A stretch of 64,000 nucleotides of DNA from an uncultured delta proteobacterium (lineage in GTDB: Bacteria > Myxococcota_A > UBA9160 > SZUA-336): assembly GCA_963704165.1 (NCBI GenBank), contig CAVPHD010000001.1:32001-96000 (forward strand), read 5' to 3'. A model generated the notes under the pieces. The model saw nothing but the letters and a program-made list of their open reading frames with translations, made no database searches and was not told the DNA's origin. Position numbers and translations under genes: made by a program. Of this stretch, positions 9,475 to 18,274 are shown piece after piece. Within the stretch, counting starts at the first letter, position 1; every line of letters starts with the position of its first letter.

Positions 9475-10512
9475 CTATTCGTACGGCGCACGAGGAGCAA
9501 TTGCGCCGTGCCAATGGTCCTGGACCGAGCGCACGGTTTCGACCAGCACCTCGCCGACGCTATTCAGACTCGAAGCGGCGACCGCATCGAGGGAGTCACC
9601 CTCTGTATGCCAGAGGGGTCCGGGCGAGACGCGCGCGCCGAACTGGAAGTCGATCAGCGCGAGCACGTGCTCGACGCCACGACTCGCGAACGGCACATGG
9701 TCGTCGATCACCGTCATCGTCGCCGACCGGTCGATGATCCCGCCGTGACCGAGTCTGTCCGCCGCGCGCGCGAACAGGCCTCGAAGGAGCGGCGATGAGC
9801 CCTGGTCGACGACGAGATTCAGATCCACGTCGCCGACCATGTCCACCAGGATCACGCTGCGGACCCGCTCGAGACTCCCGTCCACCTGCATGCGTTCTGC
9901 GAGTGCCGTGCTTCCGTACAGACCGTCGCGCGAAGTGATGGAGGGTCCGAAGGCTTCTTCGCCATCGGCGAAGATCAGCTCCGTCGTGAGCGGCAGATCC
10001 TGCGCGCCGAGCACACGCGCGAGCTCGAGCAGCACGGCGGTTCCGGACGCGCCGTCGTTCGCGCCGACGAAGGCGATGCCCGGGAGCTCTTTGGTGTCGT
10101 AGTGCGTGATCAAGAGAATCCGCTCGGCGCTCGGGCCGACGCGTCGCGCGATCAGATTGACCATGGCGACCGGCTTCGCCCCCGGCGGATGCGCCTCGAA
10201 TGCGTGCTCCTCCACCACCCAGCCCGCCTGACGCAATCGATCGCGAATCAACGCGCGCGCGCGCGCCGAGCCGGGTGAGCCCGCAGGCCGGGGACCGATG
10301 CGCACGAGCGCTTCGAGGTCCGCGAACGCTCGCGCTCCGTCGAAGCCCGCGCGAGTGTCGGGCACCGATTCGACGACGGAGCGGTCGCCGCACGCGAAGA
10401 GCGTCGCGGCGAGGGCCACCGCTGCGACGCTCGCGCGGAGCCCGGCGCTTCCGCGAAGCTCTGATCCCGACTCGCCAGGCTCCAAGCCCACGAGGATACA
10501 CGGCAGGGACAC
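9475..10512 (-). CDS. M28 family peptidase / glutaminyl cyclase-like lipoprotein (start uncertain)
   Basis: GPRPAGS, THYDTK, GANDGASG, DGEE, LYGS, DMVGD, DDHVPF, WHT..D. Confidence 0.9.
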   Translation of the reverse strand: MSLPCILVGLEPGESGSELRGSAGLRASVAAVALAATLFACGDRSVVESVPDTRAGFDGARAFADLEALVRIGPRPAGSPGSARARALIRDRLRQAGWVVEEHAFEAHPPGAKPVAMVNLIARRVGPSAERILLITHYDTKELPGIAFVGANDGASGTAVLLELARVLGAQDLPLTTELIFADGEEAFGPSITSRDGLYGSTALAERMQVDGSLERVRSVILVDMVGDVDLNLVVDQGSSPLLRGLFARAADRLGHGGIIDRSATMTVIDDHVPFASRGVEHVLALIDFQFGARVSPGPLWHTEGDSLDAVAASSLNSVGEVLVETVRSVQDHWHGAIAPRAPYE

Positions 10513-10592
10513 GTCGCGGCCCCTCGCGTCACTTCCCGACCGATCGCGCGACCCATACGGAGCACGGTCTCTCGGTCCCGCGCGAGGTCGGC

Positions 10593-12113
10593 ATGCTCCT
10601 GCGCGTCTTCGGTGCGACGCTTCACGTGCTCGATGGTGTCCGGGTGACCGTCGAGGTCGAAGCGGGCGCAGGGTTGCCAGCCTTTCACATCGTCGGCCAG
10701 GCGGACCGGATCGTGAACGAGAGCCGCGATCGGATTCGCGCCGCGTTTCGCCACGCGGGACTCGACTTCCCACCGGGCCGGGTGACCGTGAACCTCGCTC
10801 CGACGGATCTGCCGAAGATCGGGTCGGCGCTCGACCTTCCGATCGCGGTCGCAATCGCGGGAACTCGCGTCGAGCTCCCCGAGGAACGCCTCCGCGAATC
10901 GCTCTTCATGGGCGAGCTCGGGCTCGACGGGGGGCTGCGGCCGGTACGCGGGGTGCTCGCGATGCTCGGTGCCGCCGAGGGCAGCGAGATCCGCGACGTG
11001 ATCGTGCCGAGCGGGAATCTGAACGAAGCGTCGCTCTGCCCCGGGATCACGCCCTCGGCGCGGGCGATCTCGAATCGGTGCTGCGCTGGCTCCGCGACGG
11101 CGCTGCGCTCGAAGCGCCGAACGCGCCCGTGCGGTCCGCGGAACGTGCGGACGCGGGTCCCGATCTCGCCGACGTACACGGCCAGGAGGGCGCGAAGCGC
11201 GCGCTCGAGGTCGCCGCGGCCGGTGCGTCACAACTTGCTTCTGGTCGGGCCGCCCGGCAGCGGGAAGACGCTCCTCGCGCGTCGATTGCCGGGAATCCTG
11301 CCCGCGCTCGAGACCGAAGCCGCACTCGAGGCGACGCGCATCCACAGCGCGGCTGGCACGCTCGGCCACGCGGGCCTGATCGATCGGCCGCCCTTTCGCG
11401 CGCCGCACCACAGCACGTCCGATGCGGGCATGGCCGGCGGCGGACGGCCGCTCCGGCCGGGTGAGATCTCGCTCGCGCACCGCGGCGTGCTCTTCCTCGA
11501 CGAGCTTCCCGAGTTCCGCAGGCCGGTACTCGAAGCCCTGCGTCAGCCTCTCGAAGAGGGCGAGATCCGAATTGCCCGCTCGCACGCGAGTGCGCGCATG
11601 CCGGCTCGCTTCCAGCTCGTCGCGGCGATGAACCCGTGTCCGTGCGGATGGAGCGGCTCGCCGGCGCGCGAGTGCCGCTGTCTCGAGCCCGAGATCGCGC
11701 GCTACCGCTCGAAGGTCTCGGGGCCATTGCTCGACCGCATCGACCTGCACGTCGCGGTCGCGGCCGTTCCGTGGAAGGACATGCTGCGCGAGAGACGCAG
11801 CGGCGAAACGTCCGATCAGGTCCTCGCGCGCGTCGTGGCAGCGCGCGGTCGCCAGCTCGAGCGGTATCGGTGCGAGTCCTGGGCCACGAACTCGGAACTT
11901 CCCGCCGCTGCACTTCCTCGCCACTGCGCGCTCCGCCACGACGCGCGCCCACTTCTGGAGCGTGCCGTGACGGCGCTCGGGCTCTCGATGCGCGCGGTCG
12001 TGCGCTGTCTGCGCGTGGCGCGCACGATCGCGGACCTGGCGGGCGCAGACGCGATCGACGTCGTGCACGTCGCGGAGGCGATCACCTATCGGGACGCTTC
12101 GCGAGCGAGGTAG
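10593..12113 (+). CDS. comM: YifB/ComM Mg-chelatase-like AAA+ ATPase, with two compensating frameshifts (about 11055 and 11227)
   Basis: ESRDRIRAA, TVNLAP, GELGLDG, GPPGSGKT, PFRAPHHS, PGEISLAHRGVLFLDELPEF, NPCPCG, SGPLLDRID. The conserved DLADVHGQEGAKRALEVAAAG segment lies in another frame. Confidence 0.93.
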   Translation: MLLRVFGATLHVLDGVRVTVEVEAGAGLPAFHIVGQADRIVNESRDRIRAAFRHAGLDFPPGRVTVNLAPTDLPKIGSALDLPIAVAIAGTRVELPEERLRESLFMGELGLDGGLRPVRGVLAMLGAAEGSEIRDVIVPSGNLNEASLCPGITPSARAISNRCCAGSATALRSKRRTRPCGPRNVRTRVPISPTYTARRARSARSRSPRPVRHNLLLVGPPGSGKTLLARRLPGILPALETEAALEATRIHSAAGTLGHAGLIDRPPFRAPHHSTSDAGMAGGGRPLRPGEISLAHRGVLFLDELPEFRRPVLEALRQPLEEGEIRIARSHASARMPARFQLVAAMNPCPCGWSGSPARECRCLEPEIARYRSKVSGPLLDRIDLHVAVAAVPWKDMLRERRSGETSDQVLARVVAARGRQLERYRCESWATNSELPAAALPRHCALRHDARPLLERAVTALGLSMRAVVRCLRVARTIADLAGADAIDVVHVAEAITYRDASRAR

Positions 12114-12138
12114 TCGCGAGTCGAAGCGCGCGAACCGA

Positions 12139-12648
12139 TCAGGGCTTGTAGCGGACCACGACACGCGAGCCATCGGCATGACCGGACTCGAAGCGCGGCT
12201 TCCACTTGTCCCATTCGTTCGGGTACTTGACGGCGAAGGCCGCGAGCAGTCGATCGAAGACCGCTCGATCGCTGTCGATGCTCGCATGTGCGACGAGGTT
12301 GGGCGCGGTCGCGACCTTCTCGGGTGCCTTCACATACGGCCCGAAGTCGCCGACCCAGATGCGCGCGCGATCCCGACCCGAAGCGATCGCACGCGCCTTC
12401 CAGGTCTTGGTGGCGGTCGCGATCACGACGTCGCCACCGTCGACGAAGAACCAGACCTCTCCGTGGCAGCGGCTCTCGCCTCCGTCCTTCGTGAGCGGCG
12501 AGATGTACGCGAGCGGGCTCCTCTTCGCGACGTCGAGCCAGCTGGCCGGAGCCTGCGCGTGAGCCATTCGTGGCCAGAGCGCCGTCGCACCCAGCGCGCA
12601 CGCTCCGGTGACGAGAAGCTCGCGGCGCGTGAGTTCCAGTTCCGACAT
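12139..12648 (-). CDS. Tat-exported split-barrel (pyridoxamine-oxidase-like) protein
   Basis: Twin-arginine TRRELL signal with AHA cleavage site; EVWF, TWKARAI and AFAVKYP motifs. Confidence 0.7.
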   Translation of the reverse strand: MSELELTRRELLVTGACALGATALWPRMAHAQAPASWLDVAKRSPLAYISPLTKDGGESRCHGEVWFFVDGGDVVIATATKTWKARAIASGRDRARIWVGDFGPYVKAPEKVATAPNLVAHASIDSDRAVFDRLLAAFAVKYPNEWDKWKPRFESGHADGSRVVVRYKP

Positions 12649-12689
12649 CGAGAGATTCCTCCGGGTTGTAGACGCGAGCGGGCGACGAC

Positions 12690-13271
12690 TCAGCTGCTGG
12701 TTCCTCGATTCCGCGTCCGGCGACCGGTTCGCTCCGCGACCAGGACCAGAGAGCGCGGCGGGGGCGGCTCGGACGGGGTGTCCGAAGCGGTCTGCGGCTC
12801 CGCGGCATCGACGAGTCGCAGGCCGGAGGTGCGCAATGCAGCGAGCAGCGCCGGAAGATTCGCGAGGGCCGGATGGGGTGTCGCGGAGTCCGACGGCGTC
12901 CGCCACGGGTGCGTGATCGCGAGCACGACACGCCCTCTCGGGTGGAGCAGCTTGCCCACCACCCGCAGGGCCGCCTCCGGATCCTTGCTGTCGTCGATGC
13001 AGTACGCCGCCGTGATGACATCGAACGGTCCACGCAGCGGCGCGGCCGGCTCGAGCAGATCGCGCGCGGTTTCGACGAGCGCCCCCTCCTGGGCGAGGCA
13101 GTCCGCGAGCGGACTCGATTCGGCTCCGACGTCGAGCACGCGGCAGCCGCGCACGCGGCCCGCGAGCTCGACCACGATCTGCAGCACGCGCTGGCGCTCG
13201 CTCGGCATCGCCTCGCGAAGCTCTGCCGTCTCGCGCAAACGCGCGGTCACGTGGCTCCAGGAATCCTCCAA
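12690..13271 (-). CDS. Class I SAM-dependent methyltransferase-like protein (start may be GTG 13250)
   Basis: RVLDVGA, GPFDVI, LLHPRGRVVLAITHP. The glycine loop is degenerate. Confidence 0.6.
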   Translation of the reverse strand: MEDSWSHVTARLRETAELREAMPSERQRVLQIVVELAGRVRGCRVLDVGAESSPLADCLAQEGALVETARDLLEPAAPLRGPFDVITAAYCIDDSKDPEAALRVVGKLLHPRGRVVLAITHPWRTPSDSATPHPALANLPALLAALRTSGLRLVDAAEPQTASDTPSEPPPPRSLVLVAERTGRRTRNRGTSS

Positions 13272-13329
13272 CCGGGTGCCGTGTCCGCCGTCGAGTCATC
13301 GCCTTCGCGAAGATAGCCAGACCGTCCGC

Positions 13330-13752
13330 TCACGTCTCGTCGGCGAGCTCCATCTCGACCATGCGCACTTCGACGTCTTCGCGCGAATGCACGGCGCCGC
13401 GACCGATCCCCTCGCAGAGCTTTCGGGCCGCATCGGTCCAACCCTTCGCATCGACCAGATCGCGCCAGAAGGGAAACGTCCGGCACTGCACCGGGCGTGC
13501 ACCGTAGACGGTGCAGCGCTTCGTGCCGGGTTCGAGGAAGACGCACGATTCGCTCTCGAAGCGAAGCTGCGTCCAGCCGAGGTCGTCCTTGAACGTGTAG
13601 CGGTGCCGGAACTCCGCGACGCCGAGTCCGAGCTCGTCGGCGAGCACGCGCACTTCGTCCGCGTTGAGGTAGACGTAGGCGTACTCGTCCCGCGCCGTGC
13701 AGCATTCGCCGCATTGCGTGCACTCGAAGCGCAGACCGGCTCGGGCGGTCAC
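13330..13752 (-). CDS. YkgJ family cysteine-cluster protein
   Basis: LRFECTQCGECC, CVFL, CTVYGARPVQCRTFPFW, CEGIG. The start overlaps the ltaE stop (GTGA). Confidence 0.92.
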   Translation of the reverse strand: MTARAGLRFECTQCGECCTARDEYAYVYLNADEVRVLADELGLGVAEFRHRYTFKDDLGWTQLRFESESCVFLEPGTKRCTVYGARPVQCRTFPFWRDLVDAKGWTDAARKLCEGIGRGAVHSREDVEVRMVEMELADET

Positions 13753-14763
13753 AGGCCAAGCTCTCGCATGACCGCGAGCGCCGCGTCGATCTCGGCCGCC
13801 CCGACATCCAAGTGTGTCACCGCGCGAAGCGCATCGCTCGCGACCGGATTCACGAGCACGCCGCGCGCGCGCAGCGCCGAGCTCCACGCGCCGGCACCCG
13901 CGCGCCGGAAGATCACGATGTTCGACTCGGGGGCCTCCGGCACGACGACGCCCGGAACCTCCGCGAGACCGGCAGCGAGCCGCCGCGCGTGCGCATGGTC
14001 GACCTCGAGCTTCTTTCGATTCTGCTCGAGCGCGAAGATGCCCGCGGCGGCGAGAATCCCCGCCTGGCGCATGCCACCCCCCTGTTGCTTGCGGAAGCGG
14101 TGGGCGCGCGCGATCAGCGCGCGTGATCCCGCGAGGAGCGAGCCGACCGGCGCACCGAGGCCCTTCGAGAGGCAGACGCTGACCGTGTCGAACGGCTCGG
14201 CCCAGCGCGCGGCCGGAATTCCGGTCGCGGCCTCGGCATTGAAGAGCCGAGCGCCGTCCATGTGCATGCGCAGGCCCAGCTCCCGCGCGGCATCGGTGAC
14301 CTGCCGAAGTCGTTCGAACGGGAATACGCGGCCCGCCGGAGCGGTTGTGCGTGTTCTCGACGAGCAGCACGCGCGTTCGGGCGAAATGATCGTCGGCGGG
14401 GTACACCGCAGCGCGTAGATCCTCGGGGCCGAACGCGCCGCCCACGCCGATCTCGACCAGCTGCACGCCCGCGAGCGCGGCCGCCCCGGCGGATTCGTAC
14501 AGGACCATGTGCGCGTCGCGCGCGGCGATCGCGGCGTCGCCCGATTCGCTGAGCGCACGCAACGCGATCTGATTCGCCATCGTGCCCGACGGCAAGAGCA
14601 GCGCCGCCTCCTTGCCGAGCAGCGTGGCCGCGAGCGCTTGGAGTCGATTGACGGTCGGATCCTCTCCGTAGACGTCGTCGCCGACCTCCGCCCGCGCCAT
14701 CGCTTCGCGCATCGCCGCGCTCGGCTTCGTGACGGTGTCGCTGCGCAGATCGATCGGATTCAC
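13749..14763 (-). CDS. ltaE: Low-specificity L-threonine aldolase, frameshift near 14335
   Basis: IDLRSDTVTKP, VGDDVYGEDPTVN, SGTMANQ, ENTHN; then in the next frame HMDGARLFNA, CLSKGLGAPVGS, GGGMRQAG. Confidence 0.93.
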
Positions 14764-15654
14764 GGCGCGGAGTATAGCTTCGGTTGCGCAGGTGGATTGC
14801 GCAGCTCGAGCACGCGCGCTTCGCCGTCGAGCCGCAGCTCCGATCGGCCCGACGGGAACTCGACCCGAATCGCCTCGCTCGCGCGCGACTCGTAGATGCC
14901 GTAGCGAATGGCGCAGCTCCCCGAGCGCAGCAGCTGCCCAGACCGCGCGAGGTTCGAGAGCCGCATCGGGACAGACCGTCTGCACGCCCCGGAACATCTG
15001 CAGGTACGGGTCGAGCTGCCAGCCGAAAATCGACACGTTGTTGTGGGCGTCGGCGCCCGCGAATCCGACGACGCGCCGTCCCGACGCCAGGAGCTCGTCC
15101 CACGCCTCGAGCTCGCGCGTCGGTCGGACCCAGAGGTCCTCGAGCTGCGCCTGTCGCGCGAAGCCGAAGCGAAGCACTCGAAACGGCAGAAGCGGACCGT
15201 AGAGCCGCGTGAAGTCGGACGCGTTGTTCTGCACCTCGAGGCCGTCGAAATCGGCGGCCCAGTCGCGCCAGCCTCCGTGCGAGAACGGGTGCGAGATCAC
15301 CGCGAATCCCCCCTGCTCGCGGATCCCGGCGATCACCTCGCGCCCCGGACGGCCGATCGCCGGCACGCTGCGCTCGATCTCGAGCCCGAGCAGGTGTCCA
15401 TCACGCGACGCGAATTCGGCGCCGACCAGCACGAGAATCCGCCGGCCATTCGGGGCGATCTGCAGCCCGGCGTGCTCGATGCCCGGCAGCGGCCCGGAGA
15501 CGTCGTCGTCCACGTGGTCGGTCAGCACGACGAAGTCGAGTCCGGCCTCGCCGGCCGCCTCGAGCACGGCTTCGAACGGGGCGTCGCTGTCGTGTGACGG
15601 TGCGTGGTGCACGTGGATGACGCCGACGAGCACCGCGAGCGCGAGCGCCTTCAC
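14760..15654 (-). CDS. PHP-domain metallohydrolase (CehA/McbA-like), frameshift near 14935
   Basis: IHVHH..SHD, VLTDH, GAE....GH, SHP, LEVQN, GADAH. The C-terminal part continues in ORF 14760..14966. Confidence 0.75.
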
Positions 15655-15667
15655 GAGGGCCGCTCGC

Positions 15668-15985
15668 TCAGCTCTTCGCGTTCATGCGCGCGGCGACCGC
15701 CGATGCCTCCTCGGCCTCGGGAATGCGGCCCTGGCGCTGGAGGAAGCGCGACAGGCTGGTGTGAAAGAGCGATTCGTCCGGGTCGCACTCGATTGCCTTT
15801 CGGATCGTTGCGACCGCATCGTCCATTCGGTTCAGCCGACTGTAGACCTCGGCGAGGCCCTGGTACGCGAGACCGAACCGCGGGTCGCGCTCGATCACAC
15901 GCCCGTAGGCCGCGACCGCCGCGTCGTAGTCACCCTTCACGAAGGCATCGAAGGCCTGCTGATACATCGCGCGAAGCTCGGACAT
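15668..15985 (-). CDS. Small tetratricopeptide repeat protein
   Basis: GGAGG RBS; TPR-like helices AVAAYGRVIERDP and AVATIRKAIECDP. Confidence 0.85.
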   Translation of the reverse strand: MSELRAMYQQAFDAFVKGDYDAAVAAYGRVIERDPRFGLAYQGLAEVYSRLNRMDDAVATIRKAIECDPDESLFHTSLSRFLQRQGRIPEAEEASAVAARMNAKS

Positions 15986-16028
15986 CCGCACCTCCGTGTG
16001 CGAGTCTAGCAAGTCGATGAAGACCGGC

Positions 16029-17048
16029 ATGAAGACGCTCGCGATCACGGAGCTGCTCGGCGACGGAATCGGACCCGAGCTGCGCGAGTCGATCCACACG
16101 GTGGCGCACAAGCTGCCGATCGAGTTCGCGTTCGAGTCCATCGACCTCTCTCTCGAACGGCGAGCGAGCGAGGCGGGAGCCGCCTACGACGAGATCGTCA
16201 CATCGCTCGGGCGGACCAAGCTCGGGTTGAAGTACCCGACGGTGACGTCGGGGACGAGTCCGAATGCGGCGCTTCGATCGCGGCTCGGACTCTCGGTGAT
16301 TCACCGTCCCGTGCACTCGATTCCAGGCATCGCCTCGATCTTCAAAGAGAACGTCGCGCTCGACATCGTCCGAGTGGCGACCGGCGGCACCTACGACGAC
16401 CCGGGGCAGCGGATCGGGCAGGACGTCGCGGTGTCGCTGCGCATCATCGAACGGCGGCCGTGCACCGAAGCCGCCCGCTTCGCGTTCGGCTTCGCGCGGC
16501 AGCGCGGCCTCTCCGTGACGTCGTCGTCGAAGCACACCATTCAGCGCGCGACCGACGGCTTCTTCGAGGCGATCGTTCGCGAGGTGGCCGCGGAGTTCCC
16601 CGAAGTGCCCCATCGCGTCGAGCTCTTCGACGCGTTGCTCGCGAAGATCTGCCTGCGTCCGCGCGACTTCTCGGTGGTGCTGACGTTGAACGAGTACGGT
16701 GATTTCCTCTCGGACATGGCGTGTGGACTGATCGGTAGCATGGGCCTGGGGGCGAGCGGGAACTACTCGTTCGCGAAGTCGGGCGAGATCGACGTCGCGA
16801 TCTTCGACCCGGCCGGCGGCACCGCACCCGACATCGCCGGCCGCGGCGTCTGCAATCCGACCGCGGCCCTGCTCGCGTTCGCGCTCCTGCTCGAACACGC
16901 GCAGCACGGCCCGATCGCGGGCGCCCTGCGCGGCGCGGTTTTCTCCACGATCGCCAGCGGCGAGACCACGTGCGACATCGGTGGATCGCTCAGGACGGCC
17001 GATTTCACCGCGCGTGTCTGTGACGCGTTCGCCGTCGCGACTGGCTGA
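16029..17048 (+). CDS. Isocitrate/isopropylmalate dehydrogenase family protein (divergent)
   Basis: GDGIGPE, NAALRSRL, NEYGDFLSD, GLIGSMGLGASGN, GTAPDIAG..CNPTA. Confidence 0.88.
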   Translation: MKTLAITELLGDGIGPELRESIHTVAHKLPIEFAFESIDLSLERRASEAGAAYDEIVTSLGRTKLGLKYPTVTSGTSPNAALRSRLGLSVIHRPVHSIPGIASIFKENVALDIVRVATGGTYDDPGQRIGQDVAVSLRIIERRPCTEAARFAFGFARQRGLSVTSSSKHTIQRATDGFFEAIVREVAAEFPEVPHRVELFDALLAKICLRPRDFSVVLTLNEYGDFLSDMACGLIGSMGLGASGNYSFAKSGEIDVAIFDPAGGTAPDIAGRGVCNPTAALLAFALLLEHAQHGPIAGALRGAVFSTIASGETTCDIGGSLRTADFTARVCDAFAVATG

Positions 17049-17058
17049 GGCCCGGCGC

Positions 17059-18018
17059 GTGCAGATCCGCGAGATGCGGGCCGGCGACCGCGAAGCGGTG
17101 CTCGACCTGCTCGAGCACGCGTTCGCACTCCGCGGGCTCTTCGAGGGCCACATGGACTTCGATCCGACCTTCTCGCACGCGAACATCCTGCTCGCGCTGG
17201 AATCCGGCCGACCGGTCTCGTGCGTGCAGATCTTCGAGAAGCCGATTCTGTTGCGGCGCGAACGCGTCACGCTCGGCGGGATCGGCAGCGTCGCGACCCA
17301 TACGTCCGCGCGCGGGAGAGGTCTCGCATCGGAGCTCCTGCGCGAGGCGATCTCGCGCATGCGCGCGCGGGGCATGGCGCTCTCGCTGCTCTTCGCGAGC
17401 CGATTCGGATTCTACGAACGGCTCGGCTGGCAGCAGATCTCGCTGCGCCTCTTCAAGATCGCGCCACCCGAGAGCGGGGCGGATCCGGACGACGGCACGA
17501 CGCTGCGCGCGTTCCGCCCCGACGATCTCCCGCGCGTCGCGGAGCTCTACGCCACCTACACCGAGCCGCTGTCGGGGCCTACCGTGCGAGATGCGAGCTA
17601 CTGGGCAGGACAGCTGCGCACGGCGGGGACTCCGGAAGAGGATTTCCGCGTCGCCGAACGCGACGGCGAGATCGTCGCGTACGCGCGCGCGGCGTCCTTC
17701 GGCGGGCGCCTGCGGGCGATCGAATACGCGCGTGGCGACGACGGCGCCAGGGCGCTCGCACACTTGCTGGCCGCCCTCGCACCGCAGGGTCGCAACTTCC
17801 CGGTGCCACTCGTTCGCGATCCCGAGCTCGGAGAGGCCCTGCGCGCGCTCGGACTGACGATCTCGCCCGGCGAGGATCCGTCGGCGATGTGGCGAGTGCT
17901 CGACCGGACCGTGCTCGCGCGGATCGCTGGTGCGTCCGAAGGCACACCCGACCGCGTGCTGCTCGAGGCCCTCGTCGGCGGACCGCTCGTCACCTACTGG
18001 CCTTCCGATCGCTTCTGA
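17059..18018 (+). CDS. GNAT N-acetyltransferase (Eis-like tandem GNAT)
   Basis: GGIGSVATHTSARGRGLA, LSLLFA, FYERLGW; a second GNAT-like lobe follows. Confidence 0.85.
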   Translation: MQIREMRAGDREAVLDLLEHAFALRGLFEGHMDFDPTFSHANILLALESGRPVSCVQIFEKPILLRRERVTLGGIGSVATHTSARGRGLASELLREAISRMRARGMALSLLFASRFGFYERLGWQQISLRLFKIAPPESGADPDDGTTLRAFRPDDLPRVAELYATYTEPLSGPTVRDASYWAGQLRTAGTPEEDFRVAERDGEIVAYARAASFGGRLRAIEYARGDDGARALAHLLAALAPQGRNFPVPLVRDPELGEALRALGLTISPGEDPSAMWRVLDRTVLARIAGASEGTPDRVLLEALVGGPLVTYWPSDRF

Positions 18019-18026
18019 GCTTTGCC

Positions 18027-18055
18027 TTGACGCGTGCGACGCACGCCCGTAACGT
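18027..18055 (+). promoter_or_regulatory. Sigma70-type promoter of the leu leader
   Basis: TTGACG-N17-TAACGT, ending 9 nt before the leader GTG. Confidence 0.7.
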
Positions 18056-18064
18056 CGGCGCATC

Positions 18065-18145
18065 GTGATTCACCGGACCCACACCGCGCTGCTTCTTCTC
18101 GGCCTTACCAGGGCGGGCGGGGTCCACCTGGTGCTCAGAGGCTGA
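18065..18145 (+). CDS. Leucine-rich leader peptide MIHRTHTALLLLGLTRAGGVHLVLRG
   Basis: 26-codon uORF with CTG CTT CTT CTC GGC CTT, lying between the promoter and a terminator upstream of leuA. Confidence 0.85.
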   Translation: MIHRTHTALLLLGLTRAGGVHLVLRG

Positions 18146-18169
18146 GCGCCAGGACAGTCGCAAGAAATC

Positions 18170-18208
18170 GGACCTCTCCCGCCGAACCGGCCGGAGGGGT
18201 TTCTTTTT
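18170..18208 (+). terminator. Intrinsic terminator (attenuator) of the leuA leader
   Basis: Stem ACCTCTCC-C-GCC/GAACC/GGC-C-GGAGGGGT followed by TTCTTTTT. Confidence 0.85.
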
Positions 18209-18274
18209 GTCCGCGGGATGTTCCCGCGACCTCCTCCGGCCGCTCGGCGGCCGAGACGTTCCGAGGAGGTCAGC

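Noticed and set aside
13272..13300. In-frame TGA upstream of the methyltransferase-like ORF as a second Sec codon
   Set aside because: There is no redox motif context and no convincing upstream coding frame, and a plausible SD-led GTG start exists at 13250.
13330..15654. Apparent 774-aa PHP - threonine aldolase - YkgJ fusion
   Set aside because: An artefact of two frameshifts stitching three separate genes into one frame; each gene has its own start and stop.
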